Source of the DNA: an uncultured Bacilli bacterium
Lineage (GTDB): Bacteria; Bacillota_I; Bacilli_A; RF39; UBA660
Direction of reading: 5' to 3'
DNA: 41,360 bases
NCBI GenBank assembly: GCA_947632685.1
Contig: CANRQD010000002.1
Location: 1 to 41,360 of the forward strand
Position 1 is the first letter of the stretch. Each line of letters starts with the position of its first letter. The position numbers were made by a program, and so were the translations under genes. The notes under the pieces are model-generated. The model did not search any database. It saw nothing but the letters and a program-made list of their open reading frames with translations, and was not told where the DNA came from. Shown here piece after piece: positions 24,063 to 34,147 of this stretch.

Positions 24063-25841
24063 TTATTCAACTGTAACAGATTTTGCTAAATTTTTTGGTT
24101 TATCTACATCACAACCTCTATCAACAGCAGTATGATATGCAATTAATTGAAGTACTGGAACAACTAATAATGGTATAACAAATTGGCTAACATCATCTAC
24201 ACAAATTTCTAGTTTTCTATTTTGTTTTAAAGATTTTTTTGAAATAATAATTGTTTTAGCGCCACGTGATTCTACTTCTACTATATTTGAAATAGATTTT
24301 TCATATAATTCATCATCTGTTAAAATACAAAATACAGGTATTCCCTTATCAATAAGTGAAATTGTACCATGTTTTAATTCACCAGATGGATATGCTTCAC
24401 TATGTATATAAGATACTTCTTTTAATTTTAAACTTCCCTCTAAACACATTGCATAATCATATCGTCTACCAATAAAAAATACATTTTCATTATCTTTTAT
24501 TTCTTTAGCTATTTTTTTATAATCATTTTCTCTATCAATAACATTTTTAACTAATTTAGGAATAGTTTTAAATTCCTCTAAATAAGTATCAATATTATCA
24601 ATTAATTTTTTATTATAAGCTAATTTTAATGCAAGTAATGAAATAACTGCAACTTGAAGTATATATGCTTTAGTAGTAGCAACAGCAATTTCTTCACCTG
24701 CTTCAATAAATACTACTTTATCTGCTAATCTTGCAATAGTTGATGTTTTTACATTTACTATTGCTAATGTATCTTGACCTAATTCTTTAGCCTTTTTTAA
24801 TGCTGCTATTGTATCTGCAGTTTCTCCAGATTGAGATATTAATATTACTAAAGTTTTATTAGTATAAATATTATTTTTATATCTATACTCACTTGCTACT
24901 TCACATGTTGATTTTATATTTGCCTTTTCTTCAAATAAATTTTTACCAATCATTCCAGCATACATAGCAGAACCACAAGCAACTATATGAATTTCATCAT
25001 AATTAGTTAAATCTGGAATAGATGAAAAATCTTCTAAATAAGGTTTTAAAGTTTTTTCTAAAACTGTAGGCTCTTCATTAATTTCTTTTAACATATAATG
25101 AGGATATCCATTTTTACTTTTACTATTTAAATCTATATCTATAGTATCTACTTTTTTATCTACTTTATTACCATTTGAGTAATAATTAACACTATTTTTA
25201 GATATTTCTGCTATATCATAATCATCTAAAAAAACAAATTTATTAGTATACATATTTATTGCACATATATCACTAGCAAAGAAATTTTCATCTTCACCAA
25301 TACCAATAACTAATGGTGAATCTTTTTTAGCAACATATAATTTATCATTAATACCTTTTACCATAATACCTAATGCATATGAGCCTTTAATAGTATTCAT
25401 TACTTTAGAAATAGTTTTTATAATATCATTTTCTAAATATTTATTAATTAATGCCGCTACTACTTCTGTATCAGTTTCACTATTAAATTCAATACCTTCG
25501 TTAATTAATTCATTTTTTAATTCTTTGGCATTTTCTATAATTCCATTATGAACTATCACTATATTACCAATAGTATGAGGATGCGCATTAACTAAACTAG
25601 CTTCTCCATGAGTTGCCCATCTAGTATGAGCTAATCCAATATTAAACTTATCTAAGTTTTTATCTTTTAATTTATCTTCTAAATTTTTTATTTTACCGAC
25701 ACTTTTAATAATCTCTATACTATTGGTATCAATCAAAGCAACACCTGATGAATCATAACCTCTATACTCAAGATTTTTAAGTCCAGAGATTAATACATCT
25801 ATTGCTTTTTTATTACCTACATATCCAACAATTCCACACAT
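24063..25841 (-). CDS. glmS: Glutamine--fructose-6-phosphate aminotransferase
   Basis: MCGIVGY N-terminal nucleophile, two SIS domains, C-terminal KSVTVE. 592 aa. Confidence 0.95.
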   Translation of the reverse strand: MCGIVGYVGNKKAIDVLISGLKNLEYRGYDSSGVALIDTNSIEIIKSVGKIKNLEDKLKDKNLDKFNIGLAHTRWATHGEASLVNAHPHTIGNIVIVHNGIIENAKELKNELINEGIEFNSETDTEVVAALINKYLENDIIKTISKVMNTIKGSYALGIMVKGINDKLYVAKKDSPLVIGIGEDENFFASDICAINMYTNKFVFLDDYDIAEISKNSVNYYSNGNKVDKKVDTIDIDLNSKSKNGYPHYMLKEINEEPTVLEKTLKPYLEDFSSIPDLTNYDEIHIVACGSAMYAGMIGKNLFEEKANIKSTCEVASEYRYKNNIYTNKTLVILISQSGETADTIAALKKAKELGQDTLAIVNVKTSTIARLADKVVFIEAGEEIAVATTKAYILQVAVISLLALKLAYNKKLIDNIDTYLEEFKTIPKLVKNVIDRENDYKKIAKEIKDNENVFFIGRRYDYAMCLEGSLKLKEVSYIHSEAYPSGELKHGTISLIDKGIPVFCILTDDELYEKSISNIVEVESRGAKTIIISKKSLKQNRKLEICVDDVSQFVIPLLVVPVLQLIAYHTAVDRGCDVDKPKNLAKSVTVE

Positions 25842-25881
25842 AAATTTACCTCCTACTTAAGTATATACCAAAAAGAAAAAA

Positions 25882-26271
25882 TTACGATTTATTTCCTTTA
25901 TCAATAATATAATTTAAAAACATAGATAATATAATAAACATAAACACTAAAGATAAGATAAAATAATTATCTTTTAAATATTTCATACTAATTGTATATA
26001 AAATAGTATTAGAGGTATATATATTATAATATATAAAACTAACATACATAGTTGCTACTATAATAGAAATATTATTTAAAATAGATTCTTTTATATTTTC
26101 TTTATTAGTAATAAAAAAAGTTAATTCAAATACAAATGTACATAATACTAATAGCAAAAACAATATTCCTTGCCAATTAGATTCATATATAAATGGTAAC
26201 ATTTCAATAGTTAAAAAACTTAATAGTATAAGTGATATTATACTAACATAAAATATAATTTTTTTTATCAT
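25882..26271 (-). CDS. Small hypothetical membrane protein (4 TM), translationally coupled to the upstream AAA+ gene
   Basis: TAATG stop/start overlap at 26269-26273. Hydrophobic throughout. Confidence 0.6.
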   Translation of the reverse strand: MIKKIIFYVSIISLILLSFLTIEMLPFIYESNWQGILFLLLVLCTFVFELTFFITNKENIKESILNNISIIVATMYVSFIYYNIYTSNTILYTISMKYLKDNYFILSLVFMFIILSMFLNYIIDKGNKS

Positions 26272-27317
26272 TAATCATCAAGTCTTTCATATGGTAATTG
26301 ATTTGGTTTTTGTTCTTCGATTTCATCATTAAATATTTCATCAAATTTAGGTAATTCTTTTTTTATAACATCTGGATATACATTTTTAGTACTTTCTATA
26401 GCTTTTCTAAAATCTAGAATATTAACTTCTTTTCTATTATCAAATAAAGCATTTGAAAAAGCTTCTTGAACAATAGTTAAAGAAACATCTGGATATCTTG
26501 AGCCTATTTCATATATTCTTTTATATTCACTAGTTATATCAGTAATAAATTCCATTATTCTTTGTTGGATAAAAGGAGAATACATCATTTTTATTCCTGT
26601 TCTTTTTTCTATTTTAGGTAAAGTTCCTACTAATATAGATATATTTTCATTTCTTGTTGGTTCTTCAACTAAAACTCTTTGAAAACGTCTAACAAAGGCT
26701 TTATCTCTTAATATATATCTTTCATATTCTTCAGTAGTAGTAGCACCAATTACTTTTATATCACCTCTATCTAGAGCAGGTTTAAACATATTGGCAAAAT
26801 CAAGTGCCTCTCCTTTACTACCCATTAAGGTATGAATTTCATCAATAAATAAAATTAGATTATTATATTTTTTTAATTCATCTATAAGTGTATTTACTTT
26901 AGCTTCTCCTGTTACAGGATCAACTCCTAGTAATGCTGATGTATTTATTTTTATAACATTATATTTTGCTAAAGCATCAGGTACTAATCCTTTTTGAATA
27001 CGATATGCAAGTCCTTCAACTATAGCAGTTTTACCAACACCAGGTTTACCAGTTAATACAACAGATTTATCTGGAGTAAGTAATACTAAGATAATTTCTT
27101 TTATTTGTTCATCTCTACCTATAGCAGGATTTGTTATATAATTTCTATCATTAAAATTTTCACCATAATTAGATAAAATACTAATTCTTTTTTCTTGTAA
27201 ATTAAATTCTCCACTATCACTTCTAGTAGCATTACCTATATCATTATTCATTCTACTAATTCTAGTTATTTCTCTATTATTAACATTATTAACACCTGGC
27301 ATTTCACTCTTATTCAT
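26271..27317 (-). CDS. Stand-alone Clp/Hsp100 D1-like AAA+ ATPase (no N-domain, no D2)
   Basis: LTGKPGVGKTAIVEGLAYRI (Walker A), ILFIDEIHTLMG (Walker B) and GDIKVIGATTTEEYERYILRDKAFVRRFQRVLVEEP closely follow the ClpA/B/C D1 consensus. The protein is only 348 aa. Confidence 0.8.
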   Translation of the reverse strand: MNKSEMPGVNNVNNREITRISRMNNDIGNATRSDSGEFNLQEKRISILSNYGENFNDRNYITNPAIGRDEQIKEIILVLLTPDKSVVLTGKPGVGKTAIVEGLAYRIQKGLVPDALAKYNVIKINTSALLGVDPVTGEAKVNTLIDELKKYNNLILFIDEIHTLMGSKGEALDFANMFKPALDRGDIKVIGATTTEEYERYILRDKAFVRRFQRVLVEEPTRNENISILVGTLPKIEKRTGIKMMYSPFIQQRIMEFITDITSEYKRIYEIGSRYPDVSLTIVQEAFSNALFDNRKEVNILDFRKAIESTKNVYPDVIKKELPKFDEIFNDEIEEQKPNQLPYERLDD

Positions 27318-27393
27318 ATTATCACTTTCCCTTATAACACATTATAACATATTTAATATTATAATTAATAAAGTAATTAATTTATTTACATAA

Positions 27394-28215
27394 TTATTTA
27401 TCATAAAATTCTAAAAATGAATGTTTTTCTCTATTTTTATGATATCCTAATACACAATCTAGGTTAACATTATCTAGGCTTTTAAAAATATTATAATCTA
27501 CTTTATCGTTTATCTTTCTTAAATTATTTATTAGTTCTTTAACTTCTTCTCTTTTACTACTTTCTTTATTAGTCGCAAGATTCTCTGTAAAACGACAAGC
27601 ACAATTTATAAAATTTAATTTATTATAATTTTTCCATGATATAATATCATTTTCCTTAACTAAATAAAGTGGTCTAATAAGTTCTAAACCTAAAAAATTT
27701 TCACTATGGAGTTTAGGCATCATTGTTTTTATCTCAGCTCCATATAACATTGAAAGTAAAGTTGTTTCTATAACATCATCAAAATGATGACCTAATGCAA
27801 TTTTATTACAACCTAATTCTTTTGCTCTACTATATAAGAATCCTCTTCTCATCCTAGCACATAAATAACAAGGACTTTTATCTATATCACTAACTATATT
27901 AAAAATATCACTTTCAAATATTTCTAAATTTATATTAAGTAATTTTGCATTAGATTCTATTAATTTTCTATTTTCCTTGCTATATCCAGGATCCATCATA
28001 ACATAATGCACTTCAAAATGAAACTTACCATGCTTTTCTAATTCTTCTATACATTTTGCTAATAAAAATGAATCTTTCCCACCACTAATACAAACCATAA
28101 TTTTATCATTTTCTTTTATAAGCTCATATTCTATTACAGCTTTAACAAATTTAGCCCATATATCTTTACGATATTTTTTTATAATACTTCTTTCAATTTC
28201 TTGATACTTCTCCAT
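27394..28215 (-). CDS. ttcA: tRNA 2-thiocytidine biosynthesis protein TtcA (PP-loop ATPase)
   Basis: MVCISGGKDS PP-loop, plus CYLCARMRRG and CACRF cysteine motifs. Confidence 0.85.
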   Translation of the reverse strand: MEKYQEIERSIIKKYRKDIWAKFVKAVIEYELIKENDKIMVCISGGKDSFLLAKCIEELEKHGKFHFEVHYVMMDPGYSKENRKLIESNAKLLNINLEIFESDIFNIVSDIDKSPCYLCARMRRGFLYSRAKELGCNKIALGHHFDDVIETTLLSMLYGAEIKTMMPKLHSENFLGLELIRPLYLVKENDIISWKNYNKLNFINCACRFTENLATNKESSKREEVKELINNLRKINDKVDYNIFKSLDNVNLDCVLGYHKNREKHSFLEFYDK

Positions 28216-28250
28216 ATTAAACTCCTATAAATATTATCTTATTATAATAC

Positions 28251-29138
28251 TTAGTTATTTGATGCCTCATATATTTCATCAATTGCTGCTAGTAATTTAT
28301 GAGAAAATTCATCATTGCTATCATTAACATTTAATCCTTCTAACAATGCTCTTGAAAAACTAGCAATCATTCCTTTATTTTTAGATAATTTTTTACAAGC
28401 TTCATTTCTACTATATCCACCTGATAAAGCAACAACTCTAATTACTTTAGGATTATTAAGATATGAACTATAAAAATTATCTATACTAGGTATTGTAAAT
28501 TTAAACATAACTTTCATATCATCATCTAAATTTTCTAATTCTATATCAATCTTTTCTTTTAATATTTTTTCACATTTTTCCTTGTCTTTAGCATCTATGC
28601 TAACCTCCGGTTCAATTATTGGAATTAATCCTTTTTTACAAATTATTTTTGCATAATAAAATTGTTGTTTAACAATTTTTTCAATACCTATTTCATTGGC
28701 TTCTTTTATAACAGATCTCATTTTAGTACCAAATATATTTCTTTTTAGAGCATTATCTAAAATTTCAATTAAATTAGGAATATCTTTCATTAATTGAACA
28801 CCATTTTCTAATTCTAATAAACCTCTATCAATTTTAAGAAAAGATGGTATAGATTTATTTTTCCATAAATAATCACTTGTATATAAATCATCTATTTTTC
28901 TATTAATAGTTTCTAAAAATAAGATTACACCTATAATATGCTCATTAGTGAAATTATCATTTTTTATAATTCTTTTTCTCATATTATGAATTAAATCAAA
29001 CATCTCTTCTTCATTTTTATATTTATCTTCACTAATTCCATATAAACTTAAAGTTTTTTTACTACTACCACCACTTTGATCTAAAGCAGCAATAAAACCA
29101 CTATTATTTTTTACTATATTTAACATTTTTTCATTCAT
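28251..29138 (-). CDS. fda: Class I fructose-bisphosphate aldolase
   Basis: GFIAALDQSGGS, FLKIDRGL, IFGTKMRS, IIEPEV and LSGGYSR follow the staphylococcal-type class I aldolase over its whole length. Confidence 0.9.
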   Translation of the reverse strand: MNEKMLNIVKNNSGFIAALDQSGGSSKKTLSLYGISEDKYKNEEEMFDLIHNMRKRIIKNDNFTNEHIIGVILFLETINRKIDDLYTSDYLWKNKSIPSFLKIDRGLLELENGVQLMKDIPNLIEILDNALKRNIFGTKMRSVIKEANEIGIEKIVKQQFYYAKIICKKGLIPIIEPEVSIDAKDKEKCEKILKEKIDIELENLDDDMKVMFKFTIPSIDNFYSSYLNNPKVIRVVALSGGYSRNEACKKLSKNKGMIASFSRALLEGLNVNDSNDEFSHKLLAAIDEIYEASNN

Positions 29139-29231
29139 ATAACAACACCTTTAATATTAGTATAACTTATTTTTAATATTCTATATAAAATAATAAAAAT
29201 ATTATACAAAATTTTACAAAAAAATAATAAA

Positions 29232-30116
29232 CTATTTTTGTTTACTATTTTTTATTTTTATAGGATTAACATGAATTACAGTTAAATATATTTCATCTAG
29301 TTTTTTAGCAATTTCTTTTTCAAGATTATCAGCAATTTTATGACTTTCAAATGTAGACATATTACCATCTACAAATATCGTAAATGATATTTGATATTTA
29401 TATCCTACAGGAGTAGCATTAAAATGATTTACTTTTTTTATTTCTTTATGTTGTTTTATAATATCATATACAATATTTTTAGTATCATCTGAAATAGATT
29501 TGTCCATTAAAACATCATAACTTTCTATATATATTTTAATACCTGTTATAATTATCCATATAGATATAAATATACCAACAATATAATCAACAAAATATAT
29601 ATTATAAATTGCTAAAAGACATGATACTAAATTAAAAAAGGTTATTATACAATCATTTCTATGATCTTTAGAATTTGCAGCTATTAATAAATTATTATAT
29701 TTTTTAGAAATACTATTAGTAAAAAGATATAATAAGAATTTAATTATTATAGTTACTATACATACAATAATTAACCATATAGAAAATTCAAATCTTGTTT
29801 TATGAATGAATGATTCAATAGAATCAAACAATACTTTACCACCCATTACAATCATAGCAATACTAATTAACATAGAATAAATATATTCTGCTTTTCCATG
29901 CCCTAAATTATGATCATCATCACTTGGTTTACTAGCTATTTTATTACCAATAAAAGTCATAATAGAAGAAAATATATCACTAGCACTATTAAAACTATCA
30001 GCAATCATTGCTTGACTATTAGTAATAAAACCTATAATAGCCTTAATAATAAGTAAAAATATATTACCAATAATACCTAATATACTAGCAAGCCTCACTT
30101 TTTTAAATCTTTCCAT
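29232..30116 (-). CDS. Cation diffusion facilitator family transporter
   Basis: ADSFNSASDIFSS and HGKAEY motifs, 6 TM helices and a C-terminal cytoplasmic domain. Confidence 0.85.
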   Translation of the reverse strand: MERFKKVRLASILGIIGNIFLLIIKAIIGFITNSQAMIADSFNSASDIFSSIMTFIGNKIASKPSDDDHNLGHGKAEYIYSMLISIAMIVMGGKVLFDSIESFIHKTRFEFSIWLIIVCIVTIIIKFLLYLFTNSISKKYNNLLIAANSKDHRNDCIITFFNLVSCLLAIYNIYFVDYIVGIFISIWIIITGIKIYIESYDVLMDKSISDDTKNIVYDIIKQHKEIKKVNHFNATPVGYKYQISFTIFVDGNMSTFESHKIADNLEKEIAKKLDEIYLTVIHVNPIKIKNSKQK

Positions 30117-30206
30117 AAGTACACCTCAATTATATATTAGATTATATCCTATATTAGGATAAAAATATACTATTACTTTAATTATTTTAAAGAAAAAATA
30201 TATGAT

Positions 30207-30234
30207 TTGAATATTTTTATTATAGGTGTATAAT
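30207..30234 (+). promoter_or_regulatory. Promoter of the Tim44-like gene
   Basis: TTGAAT (30207-30212), a 16-nt spacer, then TATAAT (30229-30234). Confidence 0.55.
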
Positions 30235-30265
30235 AAAAATACAATATAGAAGTATGGTGTTATAT

Positions 30266-31063
30266 ATGAATAAAATTAAAATTTTGATTATTTTATTAAT
30301 TATTTTGATTCCAATTATAAATATCGATAATAGCTATGCACAAAATGTTAACAAAGATGGTAATATAATACAAATTCGTGCTGGAGGAGGAAGTTCTGGT
30401 GGTTCCGGTGGTTCTAGTGGCTCTTCAGGATCTAGCGGCTTAAGTTCTCATAGTAATAAAACTTATTATTGTCAGTCTTCTAATAAATTGATATGTTTAT
30501 TGGGTAATATTTTGTATTGGATATGCCTTTTCTTCGTCTTTTGTTTTAGCTTTATTGTTTTTTATTTCAAAATTTTTAGGTCTTCATTTAATAGTAGACG
30601 ATATTTAAAAATGATAAGTAAAAAAGATATTTCATGGAAATATAAAGATATAGAAAAACAAGTGATTGAAACTTTTTATATCGTACAACAGTCTTGGACC
30701 AATATGGATATGAAACCTGCTAAAAAATTTATGAATAAGGATTTATATGAAAACTTTAAAGGAAAACTAGAATGGATGGAACTTAATCATAAAAGAAACG
30801 TATTAAAAAAAATCAAATTAAGAAATTTAAGACCTATATCAATACATGATGATGAAGATGATTCTAAAGATTTAGTTTGGTTTTACATAAAAGGTTCTAT
30901 GGTTGATTATACTATAAATACTGAAACAAATGAAAAGATAGAAGGTAATAATTATATTTCAATGCCCTTTATTGAATTTTGGAAATTTACAAAAAATAAA
31001 GATAAATGGGTTTTATCAAAAATATTACAAGCAGATGAAAGTGATAAAATTGTATTTCAATAA
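30266..31063 (+). CDS. Tim44-like domain protein with a Gly/Ser-rich linker
   Basis: Signal/TM segment, a GGGSSGGSGGSSGSSGSSG tract, a second TM segment, then an NTF2/Tim44-like C-terminal domain. ATG 30266 (MNKIK) has GGTG 6 nt upstream. Confidence 0.65.
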   Translation: MNKIKILIILLIILIPIINIDNSYAQNVNKDGNIIQIRAGGGSSGGSGGSSGSSGSSGLSSHSNKTYYCQSSNKLICLLGNILYWICLFFVFCFSFIVFYFKIFRSSFNSRRYLKMISKKDISWKYKDIEKQVIETFYIVQQSWTNMDMKPAKKFMNKDLYENFKGKLEWMELNHKRNVLKKIKLRNLRPISIHDDEDDSKDLVWFYIKGSMVDYTINTETNEKIEGNNYISMPFIEFWKFTKNKDKWVLSKILQADESDKIVFQ

Positions 31064-31065
31064 GA

Positions 31066-31102
31066 AAATTATAATTTAGAAATAAATTGTAATTTTTTTA
31101 TT
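31066..31102 (+). terminator. All-A/U 12-bp hairpin plus T-tract after the Tim44-like gene
   Basis: aaattataattt (31066-31077) pairs with aaattgtaattt (31084-31095, one G-U pair), followed by ttttatt. The stem is weak. Confidence 0.4.
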
Positions 31103-31141
31103 ATTATAATTTTTCTAAAAAGGATAATCTAAAAATATGGT

Positions 31142-32260
31142 TTAATTATTTTCTAAATTCCATGTTATTCCATTATCATTACTAATAAATATTAACTCTT
31201 TATCTTCATATCCATCTTTATTAGAATTAATTTGATAAACTGAACATTTAATTTTTAAATTGTTTTTTTCATAATATGGAGCTTTTTCTATACTAATATA
31301 ATCAACATTATCGTTTTTATAGTTAAAAACAGCTGCTGTAAAAGTTTTACCACTATCATTAGTAACATATAAACCAGTTTTACTACTATCTAAATAGATT
31401 TTACCAGTATTAATTGCAAATCCCAAGCTCTTATTTAGAAAAATAAATTTTGCCTCATTACTAACTTGTATTACATCATCAGATACAACATAGAAATTTT
31501 TTCCCTTATCTTTACTTCTTAAAACATGAACTAACATATTTTGCCCTAATACATTATCAACTTTACTAAATCTTAATATAGTTTTACCAAATTTCTTTTC
31601 ATATAGTACTTCTTCATTTTCTGGTAATAAATAATTATCATTTTCATTAAAATTACTAGAATCATCAATATTTACATCATAATTATTTTTATCAATTATA
31701 TTTCCATCTTTATCTTTAATAAAAGTTTCTGTTCTTTTAGATTTTATTTTTCCATTATTATCATAATATGTATATTCAACACTATCTGGAATATTTGGAC
31801 TAGAAAAAGGATCATAGCCACCTTTACCAAAGTCACCATGTATTTTTACTTTTGTCCCCATTAAAAGAAATCCATAATAATCATAATAATCAACATCTAC
31901 ATTAAGAAATGAACGAACAACAGCTACATATTTTTTGTTATCTACAATAACTGTATGTTCTGGACAATATGAAAAGGCAAATATAAATAATATAATTCTC
32001 CAAAAAAATAAACATAAAACTAAAATTATAAAAGAAACAATTAAAATAATAATTTTTCTAGTTTTAGATGATTTTATAAAAAATTGAATCATTCCTATTA
32101 TAAAACCAATTAATAACAATATTAATACTAAAACTATAAACCAAATTCTAAATCTAATATTTATTAAATATAATATAAAATTTAATAATATAAATATTCC
32201 TATTAATATTAAATCAGATAAGATTATATTACTTTTTATTTTATTAAAAACTTTTTTCAT
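31142..32260 (-). CDS. Membrane-anchored protein with Asp-box (BNR-like) repeats
   Basis: Three N-terminal TM helices. The extracellular part carries SKDKGKNF, NDSGKTF and SNDNGITW (SxDxGxTW/F-type). Confidence 0.6.
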   Translation of the reverse strand: MKKVFNKIKSNIILSDLILIGIFILLNFILYLINIRFRIWFIVLVLILLLIGFIIGMIQFFIKSSKTRKIIILIVSFIILVLCLFFWRIILFIFAFSYCPEHTVIVDNKKYVAVVRSFLNVDVDYYDYYGFLLMGTKVKIHGDFGKGGYDPFSSPNIPDSVEYTYYDNNGKIKSKRTETFIKDKDGNIIDKNNYDVNIDDSSNFNENDNYLLPENEEVLYEKKFGKTILRFSKVDNVLGQNMLVHVLRSKDKGKNFYVVSDDVIQVSNEAKFIFLNKSLGFAINTGKIYLDSSKTGLYVTNDSGKTFTAAVFNYKNDNVDYISIEKAPYYEKNNLKIKCSVYQINSNKDGYEDKELIFISNDNGITWNLENN

Positions 32261-32275
32261 TACTAATTCCCCTAC

Positions 32276-33292
32276 TTATTTCAATATAATACTTTTTTCA
32301 TAATCCTTTAAATAATTTTCTTTAAGTATAAGCTTTTTATCTTTTATAACAAAATTTGATATATTTGGAATATCTAAATTTTCTTCGCGATTTGTAATTT
32401 TAACTCTATAATAAGTCAATATATCATCTGTTATTTTAAATGTACCAGATGACTGTTCAACAATTTTAGTTTCATTTCCATCATTATAATAAATACTCAT
32501 AGTAGCTACAAATTCATTATTTAATTCATTTATTTTTATTTGTGGTAAAAAATGAATTATTAACTTTGAATTTTCACTATATAATGTTCTAAAAGTATTT
32601 AATGTTCCTAATTTTTCTTTATATTCTTTAATTTGTAAAGTACTACAATAATTTCCATCTCTAATATTATATGATATTGTATTATAAAGTAAATTTCCAT
32701 CTACAGAATAGTCAATAATAGTAGTATTTGAATCAGAATCATAATAATAAACCGTATTATTGCAAGAAATATGTTCTAAAGTATTTACGTAATTTTTTAT
32801 TTCACTTTTTAAAATACTTTTACCTCTAAGATTTTTATAAGAATAACTATTTTCATTGTTTCTCATTAAAAATGAAAATTTAGGAACACCTAAGTTTATA
32901 AGCTTATTTTTTCCATTAATATATCTAAAATGTTCAACATTATAGCCAAATGGTAAAAGCTTAAATAATATAATACAGATAATCAATATGATTGGTATTG
33001 AACACACTATTATTTGTTTATTTATCTGTTTTTTTATTTTAACTTTTTCTTCTTCTAATATTTTTTCAACATTAATATTTTTTCTATTTTCTATTTGAAG
33101 TATCTCATAAATATCTGAATCCAATACTTGTGCTAATTTTTCAAGAATAGTAATATCTGGTAAACTTAATCCTCTTTCCCATTTACTAACTGCTTTGTCT
33201 GTAACAAAAAGTTTATCACCTAATTCTTGCTGAGTTAAATTTTTTTTCTTCCTAAGAGATACAATCATTTTACCAATTTTATTATTATCCAT
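32276..33292 (-). CDS. Membrane-bound XRE-family HTH regulator with an extracytoplasmic domain
   Basis: N-terminal IVSLRKKKNLTQQELGDKLFVTDKAVSKWERG HTH, one TM helix (about aa 95-115), then a ~220-aa unknown outer domain. Confidence 0.8.
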   Translation of the reverse strand: MDNNKIGKMIVSLRKKKNLTQQELGDKLFVTDKAVSKWERGLSLPDITILEKLAQVLDSDIYEILQIENRKNINVEKILEEEKVKIKKQINKQIIVCSIPIILIICIILFKLLPFGYNVEHFRYINGKNKLINLGVPKFSFLMRNNENSYSYKNLRGKSILKSEIKNYVNTLEHISCNNTVYYYDSDSNTTIIDYSVDGNLLYNTISYNIRDGNYCSTLQIKEYKEKLGTLNTFRTLYSENSKLIIHFLPQIKINELNNEFVATMSIYYNDGNETKIVEQSSGTFKITDDILTYYRVKITNREENLDIPNISNFVIKDKKLILKENYLKDYEKSIILK

Positions 33293-33423
33293 AATTTCTC
33301 ACCTCAAAACAATTATACACTATATAGATTAAAATTTATCTCGACTATTAGTTTACCAATATTTTTATTACCTAAATTTTGTTTTATTAAAATTAGATTT
33401 AACAGTATAAAATTATTATTTTT

Positions 33424-33867
33424 TTAATTATTTTTAGAATCAATAATTATCGTAGTTGGACCATTATTAATTAAAGATACTTTCATATCAGCACCAAATA
33501 TTCCCTTTTTAGTTATAATTTTTTCATTTAATTTTTCACAAAACATATCATAAAGTTTTATTGCTTCTTTTCCATTCATTGCCCCAATATAAGATGGTCT
33601 ATTACCTTTTTGTACATTACCATATAAAGTAAATTGACTTATACACAATATTTCACCTTTTTCTTCTAATATATTTCTATTCATTATTCCATCTTCATCT
33701 TCAAATATACGTAAATTTATAACTTTATTAGTTAAAAATTCAACATCTTTTTCAGTATCATTATGTGTGAATCCAACTAAAACCATTAATCCTTTACCAA
33801 TAGATGAAATAACTTTGTTATCTACTGATACACTTGATTCTAAACATTTTTGAACAACAACTTTCAT
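33424..33867 (-). CDS. dtd: D-aminoacyl-tRNA deacylase
   Basis: MKVVVQK..., SQFTLYG and GNRPSY motifs. 147 aa. Confidence 0.92.
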   Translation of the reverse strand: MKVVVQKCLESSVSVDNKVISSIGKGLMVLVGFTHNDTEKDVEFLTNKVINLRIFEDEDGIMNRNILEEKGEILCISQFTLYGNVQKGNRPSYIGAMNGKEAIKLYDMFCEKLNEKIITKKGIFGADMKVSLINNGPTTIIIDSKNN

Positions 33868-33899
33868 ATTAAATAATATTCCTTTCTAAGTACATATTG

Positions 33900-33908
33900 A
33901 TTATATCA
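33900..33908 (-). promoter_or_regulatory. Extended -10 promoter of dtd
   Basis: The minus strand reads TGaTATAAT about 30 nt upstream of the dtd start. There is no clear -35. Confidence 0.45.
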
Positions 33909-34107
33909 TACTTTTTTTAGTTACATTGTTTCTTTTAGTAGTTAAAACATTATAAATCAAAAATGAGAAAGCTTTTGTTCTTTTTATGAGGTGAACAGCA
34001 ATAGGTAAATCATATTGGTTAAATTTCTTTAAAATCAACGTTTTCATACAATTTATACAACAAAATTTGACTTAATTGTTATTAAGAAAATTACAGGCAA
34101 TATAAAA

Positions 34108-34147
34108 AGCATATATAGGTTACATAACTATATATGCTCTTTTTTAT
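34108..34147. terminator. Bidirectional terminator insulating the R-M operon from dtd
   Basis: Perfect 11-bp stem: agcatatatag (34108-34118) with ctatatatgct (34128-34138), 9-nt loop. T-tracts follow on both strands. Confidence 0.7.

Noticed and set aside
25842-25881. Expected glmS ribozyme upstream of glmS, which is common in Gram-positive bacteria.
   Set aside because: Only 40 nt separate glmS from the preceding ORF, too short for the ribozyme. I saw none of its conserved core. glmS appears to be co-transcribed with the upstream genes or driven by a short TGgTATATA-like element.
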